A stretch of DNA of 64,000 bases from Spirochaetia bacterium (GTDB lineage: Bacteria > Spirochaetota > Spirochaetia > DSM-2461). The notes under the pieces were generated by a model that saw nothing but the letters and a program-made list of their open reading frames with translations, had not been told where the DNA came from and ran no database searches. The position numbers and the translations under genes were made by a program. The stretch covers positions 1,600,001-1,664,000 of the forward strand of contig CAXXIA010000002.1 of NCBI GenBank assembly GCA_963666985.2, read 5' to 3'. Below are positions 1 through 9,236 of the stretch, piece after piece (the first letter of the stretch is position 1; every line of letters starts with the position of its first letter).

Positions 1-526
1 GTTCTTTTGAAAGATTCTCCAGCAAATACAGGAGTTTTCCTCTCAGAGTTCTCTGACTAAGCATTTGAACCTTCCTGTTCAGCATTACAATTTTTCCCGC
101 AAGGCCATAAACAAGATTCTGTAGAATCAGTGTGTAATAAGGACAAACGCTTTGCTTTCCATTTTCCCTGGATGGTAAAGTAAGATAGAGCATAATCGAA
201 TCACACGACGCTCTGATATCAAGAAAATCATTTATCGAAGAACTGCATACAAGCGCTTCTCCAAAAAGATCGCCTTTAATCATCCTGGAAATCAGTATTT
301 GGTGCCCGTCAATATTAAAATGAGCGATATCAACGGCTCCTTCAAGAATAACGGCCGCGGAGGTTGGTGTTTTACCCAATTCAAATATGGTGCACCCCTT
401 TTTAACCGCAGTTTTTTTCGCATCAAGACAAATCAAAGCTTTAGTGATTGTTAGCTCTGTAAAACCTGTAAAGAGAGGATTCTTCAGCAGTAGAGATATT
501 TCTTCTTTCTTGAAATTTTCAAGCAT
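1..526 (-). CDS. Crp/Fnr family transcriptional regulator (3' end runs off the window)
   Basis: Not in ORF track; translated by hand from ATG at 526: MLENFKKEEISLLLKNPLFTGF...VILEGAVDI...GDLFGEAL...LSQRTLRGKLLYLL, i.e. cNMP-binding barrel plus C-helix; open to position 1; divergent from ABC operon. Confidence 0.85.
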   Translation of the reverse strand, partial: MLENFKKEEISLLLKNPLFTGFTELTITKALICLDAKKTAVKKGCTIFELGKTPTSAAVILEGAVDIAHFNIDGHQILISRMIKGDLFGEALVCSSSINDFLDIRASCDSIMLYLTLPSRENGKQSVCPYYTLILQNLVYGLAGKIVMLNRKVQMLSQRTLRGKLLYLLENLSKE

Positions 527-535
527 TGATCAAAA

Positions 536-551
536 TGTTGTATTCGCAATT
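536..551. promoter_or_regulatory. Imperfect GTTGY-N4-GCAAY palindrome, candidate Crp/Fnr autoregulatory site
   Basis: TGTTGT-ATTC-GCAATT just upstream of the regulator ATG; resembles the perfect copy at 705-718. Confidence 0.4.
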
Positions 552-704
552 AACATTTACTAACATTTTTATTATCTTCTAATTATGGTTTTATTTCAAT
601 CCATCACATCATTTACCGTCTATCGGTCGGCATAAAAGGAAGGATTGAATTGAAAATTCTTAAATCACCGATATGTAGAGAATCCACGACAATCTTCTCG
701 TTCC

Positions 705-749
705 GTTGCGACCGCAACAGACCGGATTGTTAGCCATGCCTATTATAAT
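705..749 (+). promoter_or_regulatory. Candidate Crp/Fnr-activated promoter of ABC operon
   Basis: Perfect palindrome GTTGC-GACC-GCAAC (705-718) followed by consensus -10 TATAAT (744-749) with no good -35; geometry fits class II-like activation. Confidence 0.6.
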
Positions 750-777
750 TAAAAAATCTTAACGCGGGGTGTGGATA

Positions 778-1758
778 ATGAATAAGAAAACTCTGTCTCT
801 ATTTTTAGCTGTCTTATTATCCGTAGGATTCTCTTTATATGCCGGCGGTTCGCAGGAAACACCGGAATCGATAACAATACTGTGCGGTGTTCCAACGGCG
901 CCTCCGGCACTGCCTCTCCTGCACATGATCGAAACACAGGCTATGGGTGAAAATATCCGGCTTGAATACACCTTATGGACATCACCCGAACAGCTTGTTT
1001 CTATGATACAGGGCAGCGAAGGGGATATGTTTGCTTTTCCTCTGACTGTTGCCGCCAAATTGTACAACAAAGGGCTCGGCCTAACCCTTACCAATGTCAA
1101 TACTTGGGGAGTGACTTATTTCACGACGACAAATCCAAATTTTACAGATTGGCCGGATCTTAAAGACAAAACAATTTACATTCCTCTTCGTTCCTCTCCG
1201 CCGGACTGTCTGACGCAGGTGTTTCTTCAGAATGCCGGACTTGATCTTCAAGACGAAGTTGAAATTATCTACTCGACACAAGCGGAAATTGCCAATCTTA
1301 TGGCCGCTGGCAAAATCGAGTATGCCACCCAAATTGAACCTCAGTGCACCATGTCCATGATGAAAAATCCACAAATCCGCTCGGCGCTTTCCTTTACCGA
1401 TTGCTGGCGGGAATTAAAACAAACCGATAGTGATCAGCCGAATGCCGGGTGGGGAGCCCGAACATCCTTCATTGAGGAGCATCCCGAGTTAATCAAGAAA
1501 TTTGAAGAGGAATATAAAAAGTCGATTGAGTGGGTTGTCTCAAATCCGGCTGATGCCGCGCAACTCGCTCAAGAAAAACTGAACATGCCGGCGGCCGTTT
1601 TTGAAAGAGCAATTCCCCGGATGGGCATCGAATACAAAACCGCCCAGGAAGCAAAAGCCGATTGCTCTGAACTGTATGAATTGCTCTTTTCCTTTGAGCC
1701 TAAGACTATTGGAGGAAAAATCCCTGACGATGGTCTTTACTATGACGGGCAAGAATAG
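778..1758 (+). CDS. ABC transporter substrate-binding protein, NitT/TauT/SsuA-like
   Basis: Signal peptide MNKKTLSLFLAVLL; DLKDKTIYIP and GGKIPDDGLY motifs; followed by permease and ATPase. Confidence 0.85.
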   Translation: MNKKTLSLFLAVLLSVGFSLYAGGSQETPESITILCGVPTAPPALPLLHMIETQAMGENIRLEYTLWTSPEQLVSMIQGSEGDMFAFPLTVAAKLYNKGLGLTLTNVNTWGVTYFTTTNPNFTDWPDLKDKTIYIPLRSSPPDCLTQVFLQNAGLDLQDEVEIIYSTQAEIANLMAAGKIEYATQIEPQCTMSMMKNPQIRSALSFTDCWRELKQTDSDQPNAGWGARTSFIEEHPELIKKFEEEYKKSIEWVVSNPADAAQLAQEKLNMPAAVFERAIPRMGIEYKTAQEAKADCSELYELLFSFEPKTIGGKIPDDGLYYDGQE

Positions 1759-2464
1759 AGCAAAAATCATAGCCTTTATATTTGTTATGGGGGTGTGGTG
1801 GATTTTTTCTTTTATCTATCCGCCCCTTGTTGTACCAACAATACCATCCGTATGTATGAAAATTTTTGAAATATTCACACATGCGGATCTGCTGCAAATT
1901 ATTCCGGTTACCGTTCTCCGGCTCGTTACATCACTCGCGCTGGGAACGCTGAGTGGTTTTGCCGTCGGATTCGTTTGTGGGATTTCCCGAATCCTGCGTG
2001 AAATCATCGAACCCATTATCGGGGTTCTTCAGGTTATTCCGCCGGTAGCACTTCTTATACTGGCCATTCTCTGGTTCGGATTTAATGGGAAACCGGCCAT
2101 TTTTATCACCGTTATGGCGATTTCACCAACAATGGCGATCAGTGTACAACACGGAATTTTGAATATCGATCCTAATTTAATGGAAATGGGAAGAACCTTT
2201 CGGCTTAAAAAAAGATCCGTATTCTTTAATATCCTAATTCCGTCAATTCGGCCGTCATTGGCTTCCGGATGGAGGATTTCCTTGGGACTGGCCTGTAAGA
2301 CGATAGTGATGGGAGAAGTCCTCACCACACCTACGGGGATAGGCGGAGCTTTGTCACAGGCCAGGATGAATCTAGAACCGGAAACCGTCATAGCCTGGAC
2401 GGTGATAATACTTTTTATTTTTTATCTCATAGACCGAATTACAAAAAGAAAACCTCATGCTTGA
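1742..2464 (+). CDS. ABC transporter permease, NitT/TauT family
   Basis: Hydrophobic helices, IPPVALLILAILWFG, EAA-like loop (IDPNLMEMGRTF); start re-assigned to ATG 1742 overlapping upstream gene. Confidence 0.9.
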   Translation: MTGKNRAKIIAFIFVMGVWWIFSFIYPPLVVPTIPSVCMKIFEIFTHADLLQIIPVTVLRLVTSLALGTLSGFAVGFVCGISRILREIIEPIIGVLQVIPPVALLILAILWFGFNGKPAIFITVMAISPTMAISVQHGILNIDPNLMEMGRTFRLKKRSVFFNILIPSIRPSLASGWRISLGLACKTIVMGEVLTTPTGIGGALSQARMNLEPETVIAWTVIILFIFYLIDRITKRKPHA

Positions 2465-3152
2465 GATTAATACGTTTTCGAAGATCTACAGCGAAAAAGA
2501 ACTGAGGGTTCTTGATCATATCTCTCTTCAAGTCCACCCTTCCGAAATAGTCGTTCTAACAGGCCCTTCGGGCTGCGGTAAAACAACCCTGCTTCATGCC
2601 GTCTCCGGCAATATCAGGCATTTCGAAGGAACCATTAAAACAACATTCAACAAAATCGGTTTCGTTTTTCAGGAAGATAGACTCCTGGAATGGAAAACGG
2701 TTTTAGAAAACGTAACTCTGGTCGCACAGGAGGGAAAACGGGATAGGGCCATGGAACTTTTACATGAAGTCGGCCTTGAAGGATTCGAAAACTATTATCC
2801 CCGAGATTTAAGCGGCGGTATGAGGCAGCGCTGTGCAATAGCGCGCGCTTTATTTTATGGCTCCGACATTCTGTTGCTGGATGAACCTTTCAGATCACTT
2901 GACCATAAACTCAGTCGGGAAATGCTTAAACTTATACATAAAATCAGAACCGAAGAAAAAACAGCCGTTCTTTTTGTCACCCATGACATTGACGAAGCTG
3001 TATTGCTGGCCGACCGAATAATTGTATTAACAAAACAACCTGCAAAAATAACGGCCCAGCTTCAAATTCTTACGAACGTTGAAAAAAGAAATCCTGATTC
3101 TAGAAAATCTCTGCGCTACAAAGAACAAATCATTTCACTATTGGAGGAATAA
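2457..3152 (+). CDS. ABC transporter ATP-binding protein
   Basis: Walker A GPSGCGKT, signature LSGGMRQR, Walker B LLLDEPF, H-loop VTHD. Confidence 0.95.
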   Translation: MLEINTFSKIYSEKELRVLDHISLQVHPSEIVVLTGPSGCGKTTLLHAVSGNIRHFEGTIKTTFNKIGFVFQEDRLLEWKTVLENVTLVAQEGKRDRAMELLHEVGLEGFENYYPRDLSGGMRQRCAIARALFYGSDILLLDEPFRSLDHKLSREMLKLIHKIRTEEKTAVLFVTHDIDEAVLLADRIIVLTKQPAKITAQLQILTNVEKRNPDSRKSLRYKEQIISLLEE

Positions 3153-3155
3153 CTA

Positions 3156-3815
3156 ATGGAGTATATTCACAAACTTCAGAAGGCGAAAATCCTAAGCCTA
3201 TCAAAACTTCTTGAACCCTCACCCGGACAAATTTTCAGTACCGAGCTGGCAGAAAATACGATTTTCCGGCTTGAATTGTATGCTTTGGGAAAGGAAGAAT
3301 CGATAAGCGGACATAACCTTCTGGAAACAACGCTTTACCTTGTTACGGATGGGATTCTGAACATAAACGGCAACAACTTAAAAACCGGAGATTTTCAGAT
3401 CATTGAAAAATCAATCTGTTCGGAACTCAAAGCAATCGAAAACACTCAACTTTTAATCTATACGTTCATCAATGAAAAATCAGAATCCCCCATCAAACAC
3501 TTACCGCTGAATACTCCCGGCCTTTTGGCGGAACAAATTGATTTTCGAGAGCATTCGGTTTCCAGTAAAGCCGTTATACAAAAAAAGGAACTTACCTTGA
3601 CACTATTTTCTATGGATACACATGAAGGTTTAAACACACATGCCGCACCGGGAGACGCCATGGTAATACCTTTATTGGGTTCAAATCATGTAGAGATAGA
3701 TAGTGAACCCTTTGAAATAGAAAAAGGGGATTTTATCATTCTACCGGCAGGAATCCCGCATTCTTTGAAAGCCACGGCTCCATTTAAAATGCTTCTAACG
3801 GTTGTAAAGGAATAA
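3156..3815 (+). CDS. Double cupin domain protein
   Basis: Two repeated cupin halves (ESISGH... and EGLNTHAAPGDA...LPAGIPHSLKA). Confidence 0.8.
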   Translation: MEYIHKLQKAKILSLSKLLEPSPGQIFSTELAENTIFRLELYALGKEESISGHNLLETTLYLVTDGILNINGNNLKTGDFQIIEKSICSELKAIENTQLLIYTFINEKSESPIKHLPLNTPGLLAEQIDFREHSVSSKAVIQKKELTLTLFSMDTHEGLNTHAAPGDAMVIPLLGSNHVEIDSEPFEIEKGDFIILPAGIPHSLKATAPFKMLLTVVKE

Positions 3816-3920
3816 AAATGTCTCATTCTGCCCGCGAATGCACTAAGATTTTATTACCGCAAAACTTTGGACTTCGTAAAGATAAGACTCACTTCGGATT
3901 TCTCTGATAAACTAACTTTT

Positions 3921-4913
3921 ATGACCCCCGAAGCCGAATCGAAACACGCCTTTCCCGAATCGTCCCCGTCCGCTCCCGCCGAAACCGGCGGCCCCTCATC
4001 GGCCGCCGCCTCACCCTACCCGGGACCGCCTGCCCGGCATCCCCGCACACCGGCCTCCGGCACACCCGGCGCCCGGCCTCAAACCGAAAATCTCCTCACC
4101 GCCGGGCCCATCGGCCCCCGCGATCTGGCCACTCTCCCCGCGGACCTTCCGGCCGAATACCGCCCCGAAGGCGCCCGCCGGGCCGTTCTGCTCCTTCACG
4201 GCTACACCGGAAGCCCCCTGGACATGCGCTACCTCGCCAATCGGCTGGCCGCCGCGGGCTTCGCCGTCTCTCTCCCCCGCATGCCGGGCGCCGGAACCGA
4301 AATCGCCGACCTTTCCCGCACCAACAGACGGGACTGGCGCCGCCGCGTTTACGACTCCTGGCTGGATCTTCGGGCCGAATTCGACGACATCACCATCGTC
4401 GGGTATTCCATGGGCGGCCTTTTGGCTCTGGATCTGGCCGCCGTTGTCCGTCCCCAAGCCCTCATACTCCTGGCCCCGGCGGTGGAAACGGTCGCCGGCA
4501 TCATCCCCCTCACGCCGCTCCTAATCCCTTTTAACCGCCTAATTCCCGAAATTCCCACCAACTGGAAGCCGGAAAACGAAGAAAACAACGACGCCAGAGC
4601 CCACGGCTTTCGCTACTGGGTTCACCGCGACCTTCGAAGTCTCGCCCAGTTCGCGCGGCTCCAGGCCGAAGTCCGCCGGAAGCTGCCCAAAGTGAACGCA
4701 CCGGTCTATCTCGCCTCTTCCGACGACGACGGAACGGCCGCCACCGCGCCGTCTCGAAAAACCCTGAAAAAAAGACTTCCCAACGGACTGGCCGGAACCC
4801 TCGATTTAACCGGCTGCCGCCACGACGTACCCCAGGGAGTACACAAAAAACAGGTGGCCGACACCGTCCTTGAATGGCTGAAAGCCGGCGGCCCCACGGA
4901 AAAAACCCCGTAA
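3921..4913 (+). CDS. Alpha/beta hydrolase (carboxylesterase-like)
   Basis: LLLHGYTGSP oxyanion motif, GYSMGG nucleophile, C-terminal His; Pro/Ala-rich N-terminus; start uncertain. Confidence 0.85.
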   Translation: MTPEAESKHAFPESSPSAPAETGGPSSAAASPYPGPPARHPRTPASGTPGARPQTENLLTAGPIGPRDLATLPADLPAEYRPEGARRAVLLLHGYTGSPLDMRYLANRLAAAGFAVSLPRMPGAGTEIADLSRTNRRDWRRRVYDSWLDLRAEFDDITIVGYSMGGLLALDLAAVVRPQALILLAPAVETVAGIIPLTPLLIPFNRLIPEIPTNWKPENEENNDARAHGFRYWVHRDLRSLAQFARLQAEVRRKLPKVNAPVYLASSDDDGTAATAPSRKTLKKRLPNGLAGTLDLTGCRHDVPQGVHKKQVADTVLEWLKAGGPTEKTP

Positions 4914-5017
4914 AGAACCGAATCGGCCCCGCTGTTCTCACCCGCTTTCCCATCCGGCCGCCCGATTCGGAGATTCAGGCTCTCAACTCTTGCCGCCATT
5001 CGGCCGATAACGTTAAC

Positions 5018-5626
5018 GTGGAAGACTCAAAACCGATACTCCGCGATCTCCTCATCTCCCTTCTCGTTCTGGCCCTGGTTTTCGGCGCCCTCTTCGCGTG
5101 GGCCTGCTTCCCCAAAAACAAACCCGAATACGTCACCACCTTCGCCGACCCCAATGTCCCCGCGCCCAAAGAGCCGAAACCCGAACCGCCGGCCGAACCG
5201 GCCGAGAAAGAAATCGTCCGCTACGTCGTGAACAGCCACACCGTCCTCTACGGAGAATCCTTCTCGCTCATCACCGGCATGTACTGGGACGACGTCTTCC
5301 TCTGGCCCGATCTCTACGTCAGAAACGACATGAAATCCGAAGACCCCGACCTCATCTACCCGGATGAAATCGTCGACATCTACAACCGCCTGGGCCGCGG
5401 CGACGAATACACCCCCGCCGAAACCGAAATGATCCTCGACGCCTACATCCGCGTTTACGACCGCTTCAAAGCCCTCGGCCCGCAGAAAGACGGCTCGGCT
5501 TGGACCCTGCTCTGGTGCGGCGCCAAGTACAACCATGATTTCCTGGATCTCTACGCCCACCGCATCGACCCGGCCGATCTCGCGATGGCCCGTAAATACA
5601 TTGAAGAAGAAGGCTATCTCGACTGA
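5018..5626 (+). CDS. Membrane-anchored LysM-like peptidoglycan-binding protein
   Basis: N-terminal TM helix, Pro-rich linker, HTVLYGESFSLITGMYW...WPDLY..N...DPDLIYPD LysM pattern; GTG start inferred. Confidence 0.7.
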   Translation: MEDSKPILRDLLISLLVLALVFGALFAWACFPKNKPEYVTTFADPNVPAPKEPKPEPPAEPAEKEIVRYVVNSHTVLYGESFSLITGMYWDDVFLWPDLYVRNDMKSEDPDLIYPDEIVDIYNRLGRGDEYTPAETEMILDAYIRVYDRFKALGPQKDGSAWTLLWCGAKYNHDFLDLYAHRIDPADLAMARKYIEEEGYLD

Positions 5627-5699
5627 CCCCCGAAGCCGCCCCGCATTCCGCCGTCTGAAAACCACACCGAACCGACTCCGCCCGATATCAACTCGTCCC

Positions 5700-5877
5700 A
5701 AACAGGCTATTGAAAAATGCCTCGCTGTTTTGCGCCGCGAAACAGCTGTTGAAGAGATTTAGCTCGTATGCAAGGCCGCCGGAGCACAGAAAGCGCAGTG
5801 TAAATACTTTACATGAGCATTTCGAGCACCGCCGAACACCGCAAACGAGCTATAAGGTCCTTTTTCACAGCCTGTTT
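5700..5877. mobile_element. MITE-like / palindromic intergenic element
   Basis: Terminal inverted repeats AAACAGGCTATTGAAAAA / TTTTTCACAGCCTGTTT, nested inner pair TAGCTCGTATGC / GCAAACGAGCTA; lies between convergent genes and abuts the RluA stop codon. Confidence 0.6.
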
Positions 5878-6637
5878 AAAACGGCGGCGGCGACTCAATC
5901 ATAATCAATTCCCCGCTAAAAGGCTCCGGAAAGCAAATCGATTGGGCATGAAGCATCAATCGGCCTGCCGCCGCCGCCACATCCGGCGGCGCGTATAAGG
6001 CATCTCCGAGAATCGGAACGCCCATCTCGGCGCAGGCCAGCCGCAGCTGATGGGTTCGCCCGGTCAACGGCCGCAGTTCCAAACGAACACGTCCCTCGGC
6101 GGCCTCAAGAACCCGCCAAAGAGTAACGGCCTCCTTACCGTGCTCCGGGTCAAGAATCTGCCGAGGCCGATTCTCCGGATCGAGCCGCTGGAAGAGAACA
6201 CACCTCCCCGAGTCTCCCGCGGACGCGGTGGCGGGAAAAAGCCGCCAGCCCAAGCTCTTTCCGCCGCGCAAAGCCCCGCCGCCGGGAACCTCCTGTTCGC
6301 CGCGGCCCTCATCCGCTTCCGAAAACGGCGGCGGATCGCACAAGGCCCGCCCGCCGCGGCCGGCGGCGCAAATCGCGACATACGTCTTTTGGATTTTCCT
6401 TTCGGCGAACAAAGCGGAAAGACGCCTATGGGCCTCCGCGTCCCGGGCAAGAATCATCACCCCGGAAGTGGCCTCATCCAGCCTATGCGCTTCCCGAATC
6501 CATCCGAATTCCGCCGCGGCGCGGGCAACGGCGCAGTCCGCCTTTTGGGGACCGCGGCCGGGAACCGACAGAAGCCCGGACGGCTTGTACACGGCCAGCC
6601 AGCGCTCCTCCAAACGAAGAATTTTCAGATTCTTCAT
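5876..6637 (-). CDS. rluA: RluA family RNA pseudouridine synthase
   Basis: KPSGLLSVPG, HRLDEATSG (catalytic Asp), TGRTHQLR, GDALY, LMLHA; ATGA overlap with upstream gene. Confidence 0.9.
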   Translation of the reverse strand: MKNLKILRLEERWLAVYKPSGLLSVPGRGPQKADCAVARAAAEFGWIREAHRLDEATSGVMILARDAEAHRRLSALFAERKIQKTYVAICAAGRGGRALCDPPPFSEADEGRGEQEVPGGGALRGGKSLGWRLFPATASAGDSGRCVLFQRLDPENRPRQILDPEHGKEAVTLWRVLEAAEGRVRLELRPLTGRTHQLRLACAEMGVPILGDALYAPPDVAAAAGRLMLHAQSICFPEPFSGELIMIESPPPF

Positions 6638-7383
6638 CCGTTCCCGGTAAGCGGCGGCCAAAGAGAAACAAGCCAAAGCCCCCAGACAAGTACCGTAAAC
6701 GCCGCGGCAAAAAACCGGCCTCGGACCGCGCCGCTCAACCGGCCGCTCCCCGCGGGGCCGCCCCGCATATCCGGTTCGGACGATATCCCCGCGTCCCGCT
6801 GCCGCCCGTCGGCGGAATCACAGTCCGCCTCACCGCCGGAGCGCTCGCCGCCCGCGGCACGGTCTGCGGGCGCGTTAGGATTCAGTCTCTCCATCAAAAG
6901 CCGATCCAAACTGCCGAAGAAATCCTTGCGGTCAATCGCCCCCCGCCACTCAAGAAGCGATTCGAAATGAAAAAAGGTCCGCCCGAGAAGCCCGCCGAAC
7001 CGGCCGGGAAGCTCCAGTTCCGGACGAACGGCCGCCACCGAAAGGAACACCATGCCGATCAGAGTCACACCCCGCATCAATCCGCTTTTGAGCGCCCCGT
7101 CGGTAATCCGCAGCGGCCCGATCTCCGCCAAAACACGCCCCACGGGAATGAGCAGATGAAAAAAAACAATCGAAAAAAGAAGAACGGCAAAATATCCCCA
7201 CCGGATTCTTTTTCCCGCGCATACGGCCAAAACGGCGAAAAGGGCCGTTAATGCCGACTTGAAAACCAGGCTCTCAATAAAGAAGAAAGGCGGCAGCGCC
7301 GCCGCCGCCGCCCAGAATCGCAATGAGGCCGATACATGCAAACCGATGAAATCCTTCCGGCGCCGCCGCAACGTTCGTCTCAC
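6634..7383 (-). CDS. Membrane protein, possibly a divergent ECF T-component-like protein
   Basis: Several TM helices, GPLRITDGALKSGL segment reminiscent of EcfT; translationally coupled to the Gx gene. Confidence 0.45.
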   Translation of the reverse strand: MRRTLRRRRKDFIGLHVSASLRFWAAAAALPPFFFIESLVFKSALTALFAVLAVCAGKRIRWGYFAVLLFSIVFFHLLIPVGRVLAEIGPLRITDGALKSGLMRGVTLIGMVFLSVAAVRPELELPGRFGGLLGRTFFHFESLLEWRGAIDRKDFFGSLDRLLMERLNPNAPADRAAGGERSGGEADCDSADGRQRDAGISSEPDMRGGPAGSGRLSGAVRGRFFAAAFTVLVWGLWLVSLWPPLTGNG

Positions 7384-7952
7384 GGCGCTTCTCCTCCGCC
7401 CTTCGGCGCGGCCTCATCGCGATATCGGGCCTCGACGGCGGCAAGCCACTCGGATCGCTCGGCGAACACTTGAGCGAACCACCCGACCAGAAGCCCCGTA
7501 ATCAATCCCGAACCCAGAGAAAACGGAGCCATGAGTTTCGCAGCGCTCCCGAAGATGAAGGTAACGGCCAGAACAAGCTGCACAAGAGAACTCGCCATCG
7601 CACCGAACAGGGAAACGCCGATAAGACTCACCGAATTGCGTCCCAAACGATACACCAGGCTCATAGCCGCCAGCGACGCGGCCGATCCGGCGAAGGAAAA
7701 AAGAAACACGTAAGACGCCAGGGTTCCGTTTACAAGCCCCTGCCCCAGCACCTTCAGCAGAAGAACCAGAAGAAGATCGACGGGCGAAAGGAAGCGCAGG
7801 CCCAGAAGAAGCGGCAGATTGGCCAAACCGAGACGAAAAAACGGCATCGGCTTGGGAATGAGATACTCAATCGCCGAGAGAAAGAGACACAGGGCGCCGA
7901 AAATGGAAATGATTTCCGCCCGACCGCTTCGGGTATCAGAAGGCAACGGCAT
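7380..7952 (-). CDS. Gx transporter family protein (heptaprenyl diphosphate synthase component I-like)
   Basis: LSAIEYLIPKPMPFFRLGLANL and SLIGVSLFGA motifs, hydrophobic. Confidence 0.85.
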   Translation of the reverse strand: MPLPSDTRSGRAEIISIFGALCLFLSAIEYLIPKPMPFFRLGLANLPLLLGLRFLSPVDLLLVLLLKVLGQGLVNGTLASYVFLFSFAGSAASLAAMSLVYRLGRNSVSLIGVSLFGAMASSLVQLVLAVTFIFGSAAKLMAPFSLGSGLITGLLVGWFAQVFAERSEWLAAVEARYRDEAAPKGGGEAP

Positions 7953-8310
7953 CCGCACCGCCTTCGGAGGATTTTCCGCCGGTTATCCTGATAAAAACCC
8001 GATTCGGCAAACAAGCAATCCATTCGGAAGAGTGTGAAATTCCGCCGGCGGCCACGCAGATGTTGTCCCGGCAGTCCGAATGCGTTACCGCGGCCACGCC
8101 GTCATGAATCTCCAAAACCGTCTTACCCACGGGGCCTTCCAGCACCAAGTCGGTGTCGACGGATAACGGCAGGACATACTTTTGCCCCGCGGCTTCCACC
8201 TCCACCATGGCTTCTCCGGATCGGTCCGAAGACGACCATGCCGCGGAAGCCGCCACAGCGGACAGCGCCAGGAGGAAAATAAGGTAATCGAGAGTCTTTA
8301 AATGCCTCAT
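7936..8310 (-). CDS. NusG domain II-containing protein
   Basis: N-terminal anchor, GPVGKTVLEIHDG, SDCRDNICV, IACLPNRVFI. Confidence 0.85.
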   Translation of the reverse strand: MRHLKTLDYLIFLLALSAVAASAAWSSSDRSGEAMVEVEAAGQKYVLPLSVDTDLVLEGPVGKTVLEIHDGVAAVTHSDCRDNICVAAGGISHSSEWIACLPNRVFIRITGGKSSEGGADAVAF

Positions 8311-8525
8311 CCGGCCTTATTTTAGCCTAATTTACCCGGAATTAAATCAAATCTCTCCGGAGTTTCAAGACAATTAAAGACTCAAATTGACCCATTTTGA
8401 CCCATAGATAGGAAAAAATAGATATTTCTCAATATTTTTCATGTGAAGTAACGGAATTCCGGCCGATATGGGTATAACATCATGAGACGGCGGAGAAAAT
8501 TTATAAACCGCCAGGAGGTAATTAC

Positions 8526-9053
8526 GTGAAGAAAATTATCGTTTTGATTACTTTGTGCGTCCTTGTAACCGGATTTGCCGCTGCGGGCGGACTCGTATTC
8601 CAGCTCGGTGCCGGTTATCACTCTTCTTTCGGAACCTTCTCCGATGCGCCCTCAAGCGTCGATGATGTTAAGGCCATGCCTTTGGGCGTCGGCGGATATG
8701 CCGGTCTCGGATACGGTTTCGGCGACAAAAAAATGCTTTCTCTGGGCGCGGAATTCGCCCCAAGCTGGGATCTGTGTCTCAACCCCATGGGTGTTTCGAA
8801 TTTCAACTACCAACTTCGGGCTTTCGCAAAACTCAAACCCGCCGGCCTTTTGACTCTGACCGGATATGCCGGTTACGCGGGTGAAATTTTCCTCGGCGGA
8901 GATATCGACGACTACAAAGCCAACAGCAACCTCGCTCTTGGCGCCAGGCTGACTCTTCTCTTCCTTTACGCCGAATACGATGTTGTGATGCCCTGGGACT
9001 TCAGCGGCATCAACAAGCACGAAGTGGGACTCGGTTTCGCCATCTTTAAGTAA
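8526..9053 (+). CDS. Exported protein, probable small outer-membrane beta-barrel
   Basis: AGGAGG RBS, signal peptide, alternating Gly/aromatic strands, ends GLGFAIFK. Confidence 0.6.
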   Translation: MKKIIVLITLCVLVTGFAAAGGLVFQLGAGYHSSFGTFSDAPSSVDDVKAMPLGVGGYAGLGYGFGDKKMLSLGAEFAPSWDLCLNPMGVSNFNYQLRAFAKLKPAGLLTLTGYAGYAGEIFLGGDIDDYKANSNLALGARLTLLFLYAEYDVVMPWDFSGINKHEVGLGFAIFK

Positions 9054-9074
9054 ATCAAAATATTAAATTTCATG

Positions 9075-9104
9075 AGCCCGGCGGTTGAATCCGCCGGGCT
9101 TTTT
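9075..9104 (+). terminator. Rho-independent terminator
   Basis: 10-bp stem AGCCCGGCGG/CCGCCGGGCT with 6-nt loop followed by T tract. Confidence 0.85.
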
Positions 9105-9236
9105 ATTCCGGCACCATAGCCCTCTTCGATGGAAAGAACCGCCCGAACCGGCGATGAATCATCATGCAATCACGGCCGCTTGCCCAAGCGGAAAATTGCC
9201 GAAGACACGACAAAGCGATACACTTAAAAATCCGTT

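Noticed and set aside
5710..5998. Small ORFs across the MITE-like element
   Set aside because: Fall within an inverted-repeat element and overlap rluA; no RBS or motif
6050..6970. 306-aa plus-strand ORF and other overlapping ORFs in the GC-rich backbone (e.g. 5027-5701, 14182-14961, 21122-21766)
   Set aside because: Overlap well-supported genes on the opposite strand and have low-complexity Arg/Pro/Gly content
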